Source of the DNA: Mytilus edulis
Taxonomy: Eukaryota
DNA: 64,000 nt
NCBI RefSeq assembly: GCF_963676685.1
Contig: NC_092347.1
Location: forward strand, 17,918,001-17,982,000
Direction: 5' to 3'
The position numbers and the translations under genes were made by a program. This document shows, one piece after another, positions 1 through 12,621 of the stretch; the first letter of the stretch is position 1, and each line of letters opens with the position of its first letter. Under the pieces are notes generated by a model. That model saw only the letters and a list, made by a program, of their open reading frames with translations. It was not told where the DNA came from and did not search any database.

Positions 1-1760
1 TGTAAAGAAATTATACTATATCAATTACAATTTAATTCAAAACTATCATGTGTATGAAATTCTGTGTTTCTCATAAAAAAATATAAAAGTTATAAAGCTG
101 TGCCAAAATATATTGATATTGATAGTATAATAGTCTCAGAGACTGAGTTAAGCAACTTTAATCAATAGTTTGATACAATCCATAAAAAAATAGGGAATTA
201 TTTACACCAATCAATAAGATGTAACCAAAAGTCTCGCAATGCGTGTGGAATAAGAAAATTTTCCATTTGGGATCAATATTTTTCTGTCAGCTGTTCCAGC
301 GGGTCCGTAGTAATTATTGTAAAAGTAAGGATTTCGGTCATAGCTGGTCTGGTTCAGATCCATAGTTTAGAAATCGGTCAATGGCGGACGATTGCAAGAA
401 AATTTACAAAAATAAACGATGTTTGACAAGTTATTTGGAAAGGAACATGACGTTTTTAATGCAATAAATGGATTAAACATTTACTGGAGGCAACTTTTAT
501 CATGTTTAAATGAAGTAACAAACTTTTTTGCCGCCGAAATTTAGGCTGATGTACGTTTTCGAGTAACAATCACTGGAACTTGCGGAAATGCACGAAGTGA
601 TAAAAAGTTTTATTTTTATCAAATAACCTGCTACACACTGCAAAGACAATGCTTCAACCTCTTTTCTTAAGATAATGAATCGTTTATGTCGGAATTTCTT
701 TAATTATCAATAAAAAATTGATGTTTCATCAACTTGGTAAAAAATGAAAATGTCCGATGACAGAAGCGACTGAAAGCGAATATCGTCAAGTACAAGGCGA
801 CTTGTTTTTGTTTTTGGGGGTTAGGGAAAGCGAAGTGATGGTCGGGAAAGCGACTTCTTCGCCCAAGTCGCCTGGTAGCGTGAGCCCTGTGTATCACTAC
901 CAGTACCTCTTTGCTTAACTATACACTTTTTTATTGTTTTTATTGTAAACAAATGGCCCACTCATTTGACAACATGGCCAGTGATATTGTTGCCTTTTTT
1001 CAAAACTACCTCTATAGTTTAAGTTATCACAGATGAAACCTTTGAACTGGGGTTATTGTTAATGTTCATGCAGTCAATATAATAACTGTCCTATGGCTAT
1101 GCAGTTACATCCTAGATGTTCATCCCCTTTTTTTAACAATTATTGTTACAAAAAAATAATTCATACAGACTTTGTCCCCATTTACAGGTAATGCCTGCCT
1201 CGTATTATCTTTAAAATTACCTCTCAAGTAGATGAAAAGCTATAGTGTAAAAAAATTATCTGATTATATTATTGCTGAATCTGAAAAACAATTACTTTCC
1301 CGCCGTAATTAGTTTTCCTGGTAGCCGAATTTAAATTATCGTATAGAGCTAAGGAGTAATAAAATAGGGTACCAGTTCTGACACTATTTTTACCTTTACA
1401 TAGAAAACTTGATTGCACAACCACTGAAGAAAACAGCTGACAGTGACAGTACAGTTATAATTAACATGATATTGAAACGAAAGAACCACTAAACCATTTA
1501 CACGTAAGATTGTTTCCAATTTTTAATTTAATTGTTTTCAAACTTGAAAAGGTACCCTTTTTGTGTCATTTTGACCCGAGACTACTATAAGTTATAACAC
1601 AGTTATCAGGTTATGTCTTATAGTAGGTCCGAGACCACAATTATTTCGTAGTGCATTTCTTTAACAACATAAATGAAAATAAAAAAAATCCCACCTGTAC
1701 TTTCTCAAAGAAACTTTAACAGTGTGTTGTACTACTTTTGGGACAAATTATATCAAAATT

Positions 1761-2383
1761 CAGGGATCCACGATGGCGGAAGACAATTTAACGATGTCGC
1801 AGGTCATTTGACGATGGCGCAAGACATTTGAACAATGGCGCAAGACATTTGAACGGCGGGGCGCCATCGTTCAAATGTCTTGCGCCATCGTCAAATGACC
1901 TGCTCCATTGTTCAAATGTCTTCCGCCATCGTCAAATGACCTGCGCCATCCTTAAATTGTCTTCCGCCATCTTTCAAAACTGTTATCGTTTTAGTAGCCC
2001 GACGCCATTTTTTTTAGCAATTATAATCAAATGCATGTAATTGCATAACCCTCAGGCTTTTTTATATTATAATCCAATACAGTTCTAACACCTGAGGGAT
2101 ATCTGGATTAAGATCGCTAATCACTTGTACCTGAGCTTGTACAGTCATTCTCGACTAAAGTGGGGGGCATGAAGGCTTGGCCTTTGAAGTTATACTTCTA
2201 TTTTATAGTATTTACAATGAAAATTCAAATAAATATAATTTAAATAAGCAATGAGTTAGCATGTTCACCAATCCTTATGTGGAGTGATGGTATACTTTGT
2301 TCACGCTTCACTGTACGGCGTACGCACGGTTTGTGATGGTGAAATTTCCTCCATGGTTCAATTTTCATCCATGGAGATCCCTG
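1761..2383. mobile_element. Non-autonomous TIR element (CAGGGATC termini) with an internal fold-back array, inserted into an older repeat
   Basis: Starts CAGGGATC (1761) and ends GATCCCTG (2383). Flanks aaatt/aagtt may be a 5-bp TSD with one mismatch. The internal region 1772-1970 is a long imperfect palindrome of ~20-bp subrepeats. Confidence 0.5.
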
Positions 2384-2827
2384 AAGTTATAGAAAACTTC
2401 ATCGGCTCTAACTCAAAATATGGACAATTTTATGTTATAGGGCGTCGTGAAATCTTTTGACAGCTTCCGAAGTGCTAATTTTAAACCTTTTTCAGCTGGA
2501 CCACATCACTACTTTCCTTAAAAATTCTGGACCCAAATTTTTTTACAGTGTAATTTCACCCCCCTACTTGCAATTTGAGGCATTAAACATGGAGAAATAA
2601 ATTTGGAAGGGGTATAAAAATTAATGGCAAGTTACCCACTGTCAACACTAGGGACTATATTTGTGAACAACGAAAATCAAAAAATCAAGGGACGACAATT
2701 GTGGTCTCAGACCAGTAGTATCAGTTTTGACATCTATGAAAATGAGGAGTTTGTTTATGTTGGTAACATGCTGATTTCTTTCAGTTTAATTGTATATTTA
2801 TTTATCAGTTTATAGTGGATTGGGAAA

Positions 2828-2905
2828 CAACTGAATAAGTTATGACAACTAAACAGCTGAATAAGTTATGACAACTTAAAACAGCTGAATAAGTTATGAC
2901 AACTT
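2828..2905. repeat. Minisatellite, ~26-bp unit x3 (aacagctgaataagttatgacaact)
   Basis: Three direct copies visible in the sequence. Confidence 0.85.
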
Positions 2906-3088
2906 ATATCAATCCCTTTCCACTTTGTGACTGCTGCCTTGTAGCGGCATAATAGTCAGCTCTTTTTCAAAATCTACAAGCTCTTAGGAACACCAAGTTT
3001 ATGTAAAAGTTTATGTCAATCATAAATAATGTTGTTGTGGTCCTAATTTGATAAATTTTGTTTGTAGTGGCTTATATATGGATATCGT

Positions 3089-4243
3089 ATGCCAATAGAA
3101 ATGCCAAAAGTAAGAACAAAGAGGACTAAAACTGTGAAGTATATACCTTATGCCTCTGGCTATGTTCCTCCTACCAACAGAGAACACATTGAAGCTGTGG
3201 GGTGTGATGGTTTTGTACCACCTGAATTTAATTGTCAGCCTGATAAAGATTTTATATGTTTCAATCCAATTCCGACACCAACAAGTATTGATGATTGGTT
3301 AGCACAGTATGTTGCTCCTGGTCAGACCTATGCTGACTATTTATCGACATGCTCATGGTTATCACCAAGTCCGGTCAATGGTATAAATCAGAAGTTTATT
3401 CCAACTGGTACAAATCTAGGTGACAAATATCCTGACGGGAAAATATATCTTTTACCGATTGGGAAATTTAGTGGCAAAGGCTTTATCCACTTCAATGAAC
3501 TAGCAAGTTTTGCTGAAATATATTTAGGAATACCTGTTGTTATCCTAAATGGAATTGATATTGATGTGAATTTCACAGATAAAAAAGTTTATTGGACAAA
3601 TAGTGTTTCGGAAAGCTCATCTAATGGTGAGAGTTCAATACCTCCTAGCAATATAGCTTTGGAAAGTAGATTCTATGGCAAACATCACCAGATAGGAATA
3701 GCCAGTTTGTTATATATGCTTCGTCAAAATATTCCCAAAGATGCCTTGTCAGTGATTGGATTAACAATGAGTGATTTATACAGAGAACAATCAGACTTAT
3801 TTGTTGCTGGTTGGGCTGCAGGTGGAGATCATGTGGCAGTATTCAGTTTCTTCCGTTATGATCCATCACTAACTTTTTCCAATGCTTATTGGTATAATAT
3901 TCGTAGAAATCAGCGTATGTCTCAGGAGCATATTCAGAAGCTTACATTCCAAAGAAGTTGTAAATTACTTGTGCATGAGATAGGGCACTTATTGGGTATC
4001 GGACATTGCATATTCTTTGAGTGTTGCATGAATGGTTCTGGACATTTAGAAGAAGATTTTCGTCAGCCTATGCATTTATGTCCAGTGGATTTACATAAAC
4101 TTCAAACACTTGTGGGATTTAATGTTTTAACAAGATATGAAAATCTCCTCAAATTTTATCAGCATCATGGTATGAATGAAGAAGCTGAATGGATTTCTAG
4201 ACGTATTGACTTTATAAAAAATGCACCAGTAGAAATAATTTAA
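3089..4243 (+). CDS. AMZ2: Archaemetzincin-2-like zinc metalloprotease (peptidase M54), copy 1, 384 aa, single coding exon
   Basis: Contains HEIGHLLGIGHC-x4-C-x-M (HExxHxxGxxH plus Met-turn), DDWLAQ...GQT, KIYLLPIG, IGLTMSDLY, AVFSFFRY and PMHLCPVDLHKL, all typical of eukaryotic archaemetzincins. A splice acceptor (ttttgtttgtag) ends at 3067, just before the ATG. Confidence 0.92.
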   Translation: MPIEMPKVRTKRTKTVKYIPYASGYVPPTNREHIEAVGCDGFVPPEFNCQPDKDFICFNPIPTPTSIDDWLAQYVAPGQTYADYLSTCSWLSPSPVNGINQKFIPTGTNLGDKYPDGKIYLLPIGKFSGKGFIHFNELASFAEIYLGIPVVILNGIDIDVNFTDKKVYWTNSVSESSSNGESSIPPSNIALESRFYGKHHQIGIASLLYMLRQNIPKDALSVIGLTMSDLYREQSDLFVAGWAAGGDHVAVFSFFRYDPSLTFSNAYWYNIRRNQRMSQEHIQKLTFQRSCKLLVHEIGHLLGIGHCIFFECCMNGSGHLEEDFRQPMHLCPVDLHKLQTLVGFNVLTRYENLLKFYQHHGMNEEAEWISRRIDFIKNAPVEII

Positions 4244-4854
4244 AATCTGTTCTATATCATTATCACTTTCATTGACATTGTTTTAGTTTGCTACATGTAC
4301 TATATATTAAAAGAATTTCCATCTTTATTTTTTATTTTGAGAGCAATAGCAGTATATCATCTTTTGTGTCAAATATAGCATTGAAAATGATACTGTTAGT
4401 GAGAGAGAGAACATCAGGGTTAATATGAACATAACAAAAATGATAGGTTTTTTTATAATCGAACCTTTCTCATCCATTGATAGCTCTTATATGAACTCCT
4501 ATACCACGTGCAGTGCTAGTATACTAATATTGTTTAAAAAAAAAAAGGCTATTTATCCATTAAAATCCACATTTTTTTGTTTTTTACCAAGACTGGGAGC
4601 AGATTTAAAATGTAAGTAAGATACAATAGTCTTTTAACAACATTACATGGGAGATAACTCAATCTTATTCTGTTTACAACTATAATAGTAGCACTGTAAA
4701 GGTAAACTTTACAAAAGTGTTATGACAAACCAGATTTTACCAATGCATATACATGTCAATCATAAAAGGCATGTCTTTTGGCTTTTGGAATGCTATATTA
4801 CTGTATAACATAAAACATAAGCAATTTCTCCCATTTCAATTGCAGAAACTGAAG

Positions 4855-6000
4855 ATGCCTAAAATAAAGAAAACAAAGGTGAACAGTAAATATGTACCAT
4901 ATGCATCAGGATTTAGACCTCCAAACAAAGATAAACAACTCAAGGCTATTGGCTTTGATAGTGGTGTTCCACTAGAATACCATGCATTGAAACATGACAA
5001 TTTTGAATTCTTCAAACCAGTTCCTAAACCTACAAATATAGATGACTGGTTAGCACAATACAATGAGGAAGGACAAACCTACAAACAGTTTCTACAGGAT
5101 TGTCCGTGGATATCATCTAGGAAGAGAAAGAGTTTGAAACAGAGATTTGTTCCTGAAGGAACCAACATACTGGAGAAATATCCAGATGGTAAAATTTATA
5201 TTGTACCTGTTGGAAAATTTGATGGCCATCATTACTTCTATTTTGATGAGCTTGCCAAGTTTGCTGAGATCTATTTAGGAGTTCCTGTATCTACATTGCC
5301 GGGTGTAGATCTTGATGTCAAAAGTAATGATAGAAAAGCATTATGGGTAGAACATCCATCAGAGGCAAGTCAGTTGAAAAGCAATACAAAGAGAAGTAGT
5401 TCAAGAACAAAACAACACACATTAGAAAGTAGATTTAAAGGCACTCAATATCAGTTGGGTGTTAAAGATTTACTGAAAATGCTTCATCTCAAAATTCCAG
5501 ATGATGCACTTTGTTTGATTGGGTTGACTATGAGTGATTTGTTTTGTGATGATACAGATCTCTTTGTGGCAGGAATGGCTGCTGGAAATCATCGTGTGGC
5601 TATCTTTAGCTTTTATCGTTACAATCCTTCCCTGTCATTTTCACAAGCTGATTGGTTTGATGTTACCATGGACAAAAAACAGACGCAAGAAAACATTCGA
5701 AAGATTATGTTTCAAAGAAGTTGTAAACTTTTAGTTCATGAAATTAATCATCTTTTAGGCATTGATCATTGTATATTTTATGACTGTTGTATGAATGGGT
5801 CGGGTCATCTTTCAGAAGATTTCCGTCAGCCTATGCATCTTTGTCCTGTTGATCTACACAAACTTCAGAAATTAGTTGGCTTTGATATACTTATAAGATA
5901 TAACAAATTATTGAAATTCTATGAGAAACATGACATGGAAGATGAAAAGGAGTGGGTTTCAAAGAGAATCAAAATGATTGGACAGATTTCCAAATCATAA
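4855..6000 (+). CDS. AMZ2: Archaemetzincin-2-like zinc metalloprotease (peptidase M54), copy 2, 381 aa, single coding exon
   Basis: Contains HEINHLLGIDHC-x4-C-x-M and is colinear with copy 1. The start is moved from the ORF-track 4753 to ATG 4855 (MPKIKKTK aligns with MPKVRTKRTK of copy 1), because a clear acceptor tttctcccatttcaattgcag ends at 4845. Confidence 0.92.
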   Translation: MPKIKKTKVNSKYVPYASGFRPPNKDKQLKAIGFDSGVPLEYHALKHDNFEFFKPVPKPTNIDDWLAQYNEEGQTYKQFLQDCPWISSRKRKSLKQRFVPEGTNILEKYPDGKIYIVPVGKFDGHHYFYFDELAKFAEIYLGVPVSTLPGVDLDVKSNDRKALWVEHPSEASQLKSNTKRSSSRTKQHTLESRFKGTQYQLGVKDLLKMLHLKIPDDALCLIGLTMSDLFCDDTDLFVAGMAAGNHRVAIFSFYRYNPSLSFSQADWFDVTMDKKQTQENIRKIMFQRSCKLLVHEINHLLGIDHCIFYDCCMNGSGHLSEDFRQPMHLCPVDLHKLQKLVGFDILIRYNKLLKFYEKHDMEDEKEWVSKRIKMIGQISKS

Positions 6001-6150
6001 AATCAAGAGCAGTAAGTGTAAAGTCAAAGCAGTTGAAGTTATCTCCCCTAGTGCATGTTTATGTTAATTTACAATGTGTGGAGATGTTGACCTTATTTGT
6101 ATTTATCATATCCTTGGATTCTTTAAATCATAATCGATAATAGTTATATA

Positions 6151-7908
6151 TGTTACAGTGAATTTGTATAATCAGTGATTATGTAGAATCCCTGAAATTT
6201 TCAGGGATTATGTAGAATCACTGGCTAGTTTAGGGATTATATAGAATCCCTAAGATTTTCAGGGATTATGTATAACTGAAATGAAGAAATTGTTTTATTT
6301 GTAATGAAATGAATAAAAGTAAAATAATTATAAACATAAATTGTAATATGTTATGCACAATTTATCAAAATGATAACCCCAATGTTTTTAGAATGTTAGG
6401 CACAATATATCAAAATGTTTAACACAATGTATTAAAATAATATGCTTCACATCTGTTTTTACTACAATATCCACATTTAAAAAACCTTTTCCTTCACATA
6501 TTGAAGCAGATTTTACGACACACCTAAGAGAAATAAAAAGTTCATTAAAAATATTTGTAGGTACTCCCCAAAAAAGGGAAATAGCAACCTCGACCTAGTT
6601 GGAGCAAGATACCATGTTTTGTGACCAGGTGATATCCTTCTTCAGATTTTTTGTAAACAATTGCCATTATGTTTTTTGGGTTTCCCTTTCCTTTTTTACC
6701 CTGTGGAATTGTTATGAGAATATTACACTAAATGCACAATTACTTTATATACGAGTGTTTCATTTCATGTTCATCTTCACGTAAATTAATGAGAAAAAAA
6801 TAATGTTCAAACTTTATCATGTTAGCATGAAGATAGGATGATCTAAGATATCTAATTATGTGTCCTGAATTTAGGACGAAAAATGCGATATATCCTATGA
6901 TAAGAGAGCTTCAAGAACATGACTTAAGATAAAGACTTGTATTAAGATGGTCTTAGGACACGTCCTAATCCTAAGATAGCTTTAAGAACACTACCCCTGC
7001 TTCCTATAAAATTTTGGCTAATGTGGCGTAAATCAAACAACAATCAATCAATCCTATAAAATTTTGTTTTGATTTCAATCCTTAGTTCTGCCTGTTTTTC
7101 TATTAAATTTAGATGGGTAAGTTCTCTTCTTGTTCATTTGCACAAAAATAAATGAAAAATAATCTTCTTCACCATTTGTTTTTACAAATAGAACATGAAT
7201 ATCCGTTTGATACTGGCTTTTAATAAACAAACAATACATGTAAAGTTATCTCTATATAAGTGGAATTTTGGTGTTATTCATTTTGAAGTCTTCAACTTTT
7301 ATCTCAAAACCCTGTGTTAGTTTAAGAAATAATTCTTTCATGCCATGCTCTATGCTCATTTTAACATGGGTAGGCATTATATTTGTTAATATCTTCATAC
7401 CGAGCAATAGAGAGGTATTAAATGTTTACAAATATAATGCCTATTCATGTTAAATGAGCATAGAGCATGGCATGATAGAATAATTTCAATTCTAATAGGA
7501 ATATTTTGAACTTTTGTACTTCGAAGCGGACCTATAGTAGATGGTCAAAATGTCGCCATATTGATTTGATGAACAAAAACGTTATAGAAAAATCAACAGT
7601 TTATAAATAAAAAAAGAACAGAAACATTTAAACTTACTTTTAGAATGTTTTTATTTAATTTCCTAGCGAGCAACATCAACAAAAATGTTTATTTTGATCT
7701 CTGGCGTTGTTCAAAATTCATCTGACGTTGCAATTTCAATTGTGACGTCAATCACGTGCAGCCCATGTTCTATTAGAATTAGAACATGGCTTTGTACCCA
7801 AAGCTAAAGAAGAATGTCATATTTGAATATATCATTAGGGATTATATATAATTACTAAGGATTTTAGTGATTCTACATAATCCCTGATTATACAAATTCA
7901 CTGTAACA
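6151..7908. mobile_element. Non-autonomous TIR DNA transposon with TGT...ACA termini (Ginger-like by terminus), containing nested fragments
   Basis: TGTTACAGTGAATTTGTATAATCAG(T/G)GATTATGTAGAATC at 6151 is mirrored at ~7868-7908. Flanks are tata/taaa, and gattatgtagaatc subterminal repeats are present. The superfamily call is inference from the termini only. Confidence 0.65.
7327..7487. repeat. Hairpin/MITE-like inverted repeat with ~60-bp arms
   Basis: tcatgccatgctctatgctcattttaacatg...ggcattatatttgt is mirrored by acaaatataatgcc...catgttaaatgagcatagagcatggcatga. Confidence 0.7.
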
Positions 7909-8189
7909 TAAATACATGTTCTTGGGGACCAAATGAAAGTCAATGTTTTGGAAAATGAAAAAAGCTCAATTTTATCACCAGATTTTCGTTAAAAAAATAC
8001 CAGTTAATAATTAGATGATTTGAATTATGATTATGAATTATAAAAAATATACAAATTATATATATGGCAAATGTAAGGTTCAGATTTTATAATCATGTAA
8101 ATTAGTGGTGTTCTTGATTTCGGCAACTTTCATTATATTAAAGCAATAATTTCTGAAATTACAGTATATTATTTGCCAACTCTAAATAT

Positions 8190-8788
8190 TGGTTATAGTT
8201 TTCAAACAATAACTTGTGTTTAAGTGTATGAATCTCTTTGAAATTATACCACAAGTTTCCATATCATGAAGGCATGGTTAGTATTGACTCTGGGGGTTTT
8301 TGCTCAAATTTCTTTTTGGAATTAGGGGCAAAAGGGCCAAAAAAAGGGAAACTGGTCAATGGACAATTAAGACAATTTTAAAAAGCAGTGTTAGTGAGTT
8401 AATTCAAAAACATTTGACATACAATGTTGGTTATGTTCTGATTTACCTTTCTTACACTACTTGTAAATTATGTTTAAAGAAATGTCAGGTTTTAGACTAA
8501 TTGCAAAAAAAAGGGGGGTGGTAGCAGCTTTCATTTTTATTCCAAATTTCTCAAGTTCCAAATTTTTGAAAAGTTTTAAGAAGAAATCTTTAATTGCACA
8601 ATATTGCTCAATAGATTTGTAAGATCTTGACATTTGTTTTGTGTCAGAAACTCATTATGTCAAAAATTTGATCGCAATCCAAATTCAGGGCTGTATCAAT
8701 CTTGAATGTTGTGTCCATACTTGCCCCAACTGTACAGGGTTCAACCTCTACGGTCGTATGAAGCTGCGCCCTGTTGAGCACCTGGTTC
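8190..8788 (+). mobile_element. Degenerate partial copy of the Helentron/HINE-like family seen at 10638 and 13741
   Basis: Shares ggaattaggggc.aaagggcc and the 3' end tgtgtcagaaac...cttgaatgttgtgtccatacttgcccc...cggtcgtatgaagctgcgccctg...cacctggtt. Left boundary is approximate. Confidence 0.7.
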
Positions 8789-10637
8789 AAAAGAGCTGAG
8801 ATGGATAGAAATTGACATAATGCAAGTGCAACTATACATGTACATGTATAAGATATAGATTGATTTTGGGACATTCAAATACCAAATGGAAAATACATGT
8901 TAGTCTCTTTTGTAAAAATTCTTATAACAAGTAATTTTTCCAACAGTTACACAGACATTCTATAGAAATATTTTCAACCTGAAATAGGATTACAGATATA
9001 TAAGTATTCATTTTATAAGTAGATATAGGAAGATGTGGTATGAGTGCCAATGTGGTTGATTTCTTTCCGATGCAGCTCATAAGATAATGGCATTGTGATG
9101 TAAATAAAAACTATATACCGTATATAAACATTTTATTAAAGATTAATTGATTTCATATGAAAGTAAGGACTTCAGAAAACTTGTATGGTCTGAAATTAGA
9201 AAAAGTTGAGCAAAAATAAAAATCAATCTCTTAAAGGATACCTTGTATGAAAAGTAAGTACTAAGAGGACTACCAGAAGGCCATCAAACATAAGGGTTAA
9301 AAGAATACAAGAAAGATCAACAGTAGTCCACCAAATATTGCACTGAAAACTGAATATAGTCTTTAGGAAACCCACCAATGATCGAAGATGGAATCAGGTG
9401 GACTGGAAGGGTAAGAATTTCCTGTGTATTTTATGTAATAAATTTTTTAAAAAGTGTAAATTTTACAAAAGCTGCTTTTTATGAATGTAACTAAAAAAAA
9501 TTAAAAGGGAAATGTTTAAATATTTTTCACATTCTCCAATTTAAAAGACATATTTTAAATGGTCATGTACACAAGTACCTATAGTTTGTTGTTTTAGTGT
9601 TGATATGTTCAGCATTTTTCTATATTGAATATGATATGTGCAACCGTTTATTAAACTATCTTTATTGAAAAACTGTGATATACTGTGCATGCTCAGGGAT
9701 TATTATATTCAATAAATCGTTAAAATAGAAACATCTTTATATTTATTTTCCGATACAGTTAGTGGTCTTGTCATATATATTGGAAATTGTTGTGAGAAAC
9801 TCTCAATATGATTTGTGACTTTCCTGTGACATAAGTCATAGAAGGCCAGAAATAGGGATAACTATCTTGTGGCGGTTTATACTACCGGTACTTGTATAAA
9901 GCTTTTTATTGCATAAGGTAGAAGTCCTAGATGCTTCATACCTTATTTTGAGATTTGTTATGAGACTAAGATTTCGTCTGCCATATGTCCATTGCATTTG
10001 ACCTCATTTTCATGGTTCATCAACTGCTTGAAAAAAAAGAAAGTTCTTTTGTCATGTGAATTTAAAATGATTAATAGGATAATTATATTTGGGTTCCTTG
10101 CAAGGTCTTCATTTCCATCATATAGGGTTCACCTGACCTTTGTCTCGTTTCATAGATCAGTGATCAAAGTTTGAATCATCAAACTAACAGTTACTTGATT
10201 AGGTCTGTTTCTCAGATAACAGTAAGTCAACTACATGTGGTGTATATAATAACTGTAAGGGGTACATGCAAGCCTGGCAGGTTTCATCTGATAGATGCTG
10301 ATATTTGGCCCCATGTTCATGGTTCATTGATCAATGTTAAATTTTAACTGATTTTTATTTATTTTGGGATGAAAGGCAAGCTGCTGCAAAACAGTGTCTG
10401 TTCATCAACATGAAAGGGCTTATGTGTTCTCAGTACTGAGTTTAGAATGTTCAGTAGCAAAAAAAATGTTCATTATATGAATTTGAGTTATTTCCCTTTG
10501 AACAAAAATTAATTTCTTTATCCTTTGAACTCTTGTTTAGAGCTGTTGTAATGCCTAAATATAGTATCCATACTTGTTCAACTCTTCAGGTATCTGGTTT
10601 GCTGTCACTCTGATGCCTCCTGTTTGTGTTTGTTCTG

Positions 10638-12621
10638 TTTTTATACGACCGCAAAATTTGAAAAAATTATCGTCGTATATTGCTATCACGTTTGCGTCGT
10701 TGTCTGCGTCGTCGTCGTCGTCCGAATACTTTTAGTTTTCGCACTCTAACTTTTGTAAAAGTGAATGGAAATCTATGAAATTTTAACACAAGGTTTATGA
10801 CCACAAAAGGAAGGTTGGTATTGATTTTGGGAGTTTTGGTCCCAACATTTTAGGAATTAGGGGCCAAAAAGGGCCCAAATAAGCATTTTCTTGGTTTTCG
10901 CACTATAACTTTAGTTTAAGTTAATAGAAATCTATGAAATTTTGACACAAGGTTTATGACCACAAAAGAACGGTTGGGATTGATTTTGGGAGTTTTGGTT
11001 TCAACAGTTTAGGAATTAGGGGCCAAAAAAGGGCCCAAATAAGCATTATTCTTGGTTTTCGCACAATAACTTTAGTTTAAGTAAATAGAAATCAATGAAA
11101 TTTAAACACAATGTTAATGACTACAAAAGGAAGGTTGGTATTGATTTTGGGAGTTTAGGTCCCAGCAGTTTAGGAATTAGGGGCCAAAAAGGGACCCAAA
11201 TAAGCATTTTTCTTGGTTTTCGCACCATAACGTTAGTATAAGTAAATAGAAATCTATGAAATTTAAACACAAGGTTTATGACCATAAAAGGAAGGTTGGT
11301 ATTGATTTTGGGAGTTTTGGTCCCAACAGAATAAGGGGCCCAAAGGGTCCAAAATTAAACTTTGTTTGATTTCATCAAAATTGAATAATTGGGGTTCTTT
11401 GATATGCCAAATCTAACTGTCATGACTGTGTATGTAGATTCTTAACTTTTGGTCCTGTTTTCAAATTGGTCTACATTAAGGTCCAAAGGGTCCAAAATTA
11501 AACTTAGTTTGATTTTGACAAAAAATGAATCAGTTAGGTTCTTTGATATGCTGAATCTAAAAATGTACTGAGATTCTTGATTATTGGCCCAGTTTTCAAG
11601 TTGGTCCAAATCGGGGTCCAAAATTAAACTTTGTTTGATTTCATCAAAAATTGAATAAATGGGGTTCTTTGATATACCAAATCTAACTGTGTATGTAGAT
11701 TCTTCATTTTTGGTCCTGTTTTCAAATTGGTCTACACTAAAGTCCAAAGGGTCCAAAATTAAACTTAGTCTGATTTTAACAAAAATTGAAATCTTGGGGT
11801 TCTTTGATATGCTGAATCCAAAAATGTACTTAGATTTTTTATTATGGGCCCAGTTTTCAAGTTGGTCCAAATCAGGATCTAAAATTATTATATTAAGTAT
11901 TGTGCAATAGCAAGTCTTTTCAATTGCACAGTATTGCGCAATGGCAAGAAATATCTAATTGCACAATATTGTGAAATAGCAAATTTTTTTTAAATTAGAG
12001 TTATCTTTCTTTGTCCAGAATAGTAAGCAAGAAATATCTAATTGCAAAATATTGTGCAATAGCAAGATTTTTTTTTAATTGGAGTTATCTTTCTTTGTCC
12101 AGAATCAACTTAAATCTTTGTTATATACAATATACAATGTATATTCACTTTTTACTACCAACTGATAAATTAAAATAATCTTTACCATTCAGTGATAACA
12201 AGCAGTTTTTTTACATCTTAATATTTTATGATGTATTTAAATGAGTAGTTATTGTTGCAAACTCCATTAGAAATTTTAATTGAGATTAGTTTTGGAATAA
12301 GGGAAAGGGGGATGTGATTAAAAAAATTGGGTTCAATTTTTCTCATTTGAAATTTCATAAATAAAAAAGAAAATTTCTTCAAACATTTTTTTGAGAGGAT
12401 TAATATTCAACAGCATAGTGAATTGCTCTAAGAGAAAACAAAAATTTTAAGTTCATTAGAACACATTCATTCTGTGTCAGAAACCTATGCTGTGTCAACT
12501 ATTTAATCACAATCCAAATTTAGAGCTAAATCCAGCTTGAATGTTGTGTCCATACTTGCCCAAACGTTCAGGGTTCAACCTCTGCGGTCGTATAAAGCTA
12601 CGCCCTGCGGAGCATCTGGTT
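10638..12621 (+). mobile_element. Non-autonomous Helentron-associated (HINE/DINE-1-like) element with internal satellite arrays
   Basis: Subterminal inverted repeats TTTATACGACCGCA (10640-10653) and TGCGGTCGTATAAA (12583-12596). It has a (GTC)n microsatellite near the 5' end, a short GC-rich 3' tail and T-rich insertion ends. Internal arrays: ~160-bp unit x~3.6 (10768-11340) and ~270-bp unit x2 (11345-11880). Confidence 0.8.

Noticed and set aside
4753-4854. 34-aa N-terminal extension of AMZ copy 2 given by the ORF track
   Set aside because: It contains a polypyrimidine tract and CAG acceptor and has no counterpart in copy 1, so it is most likely intron.
3089-6000. Recent horizontal transfer or prokaryotic contamination to explain the intronless archaemetzincins
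   Set aside because: Both ORFs have spliceosomal acceptors, host-like AT content, the long eukaryote-type N-terminal region and host transposons in the flanks; older transfer cannot be judged without a phylogeny.
11442-11910. 142-aa and 83-aa ORFs
   Set aside because: Both lie in the satellite interior of a HINE-like element; the repetitiveness is DNA-level and there is no protein motif.
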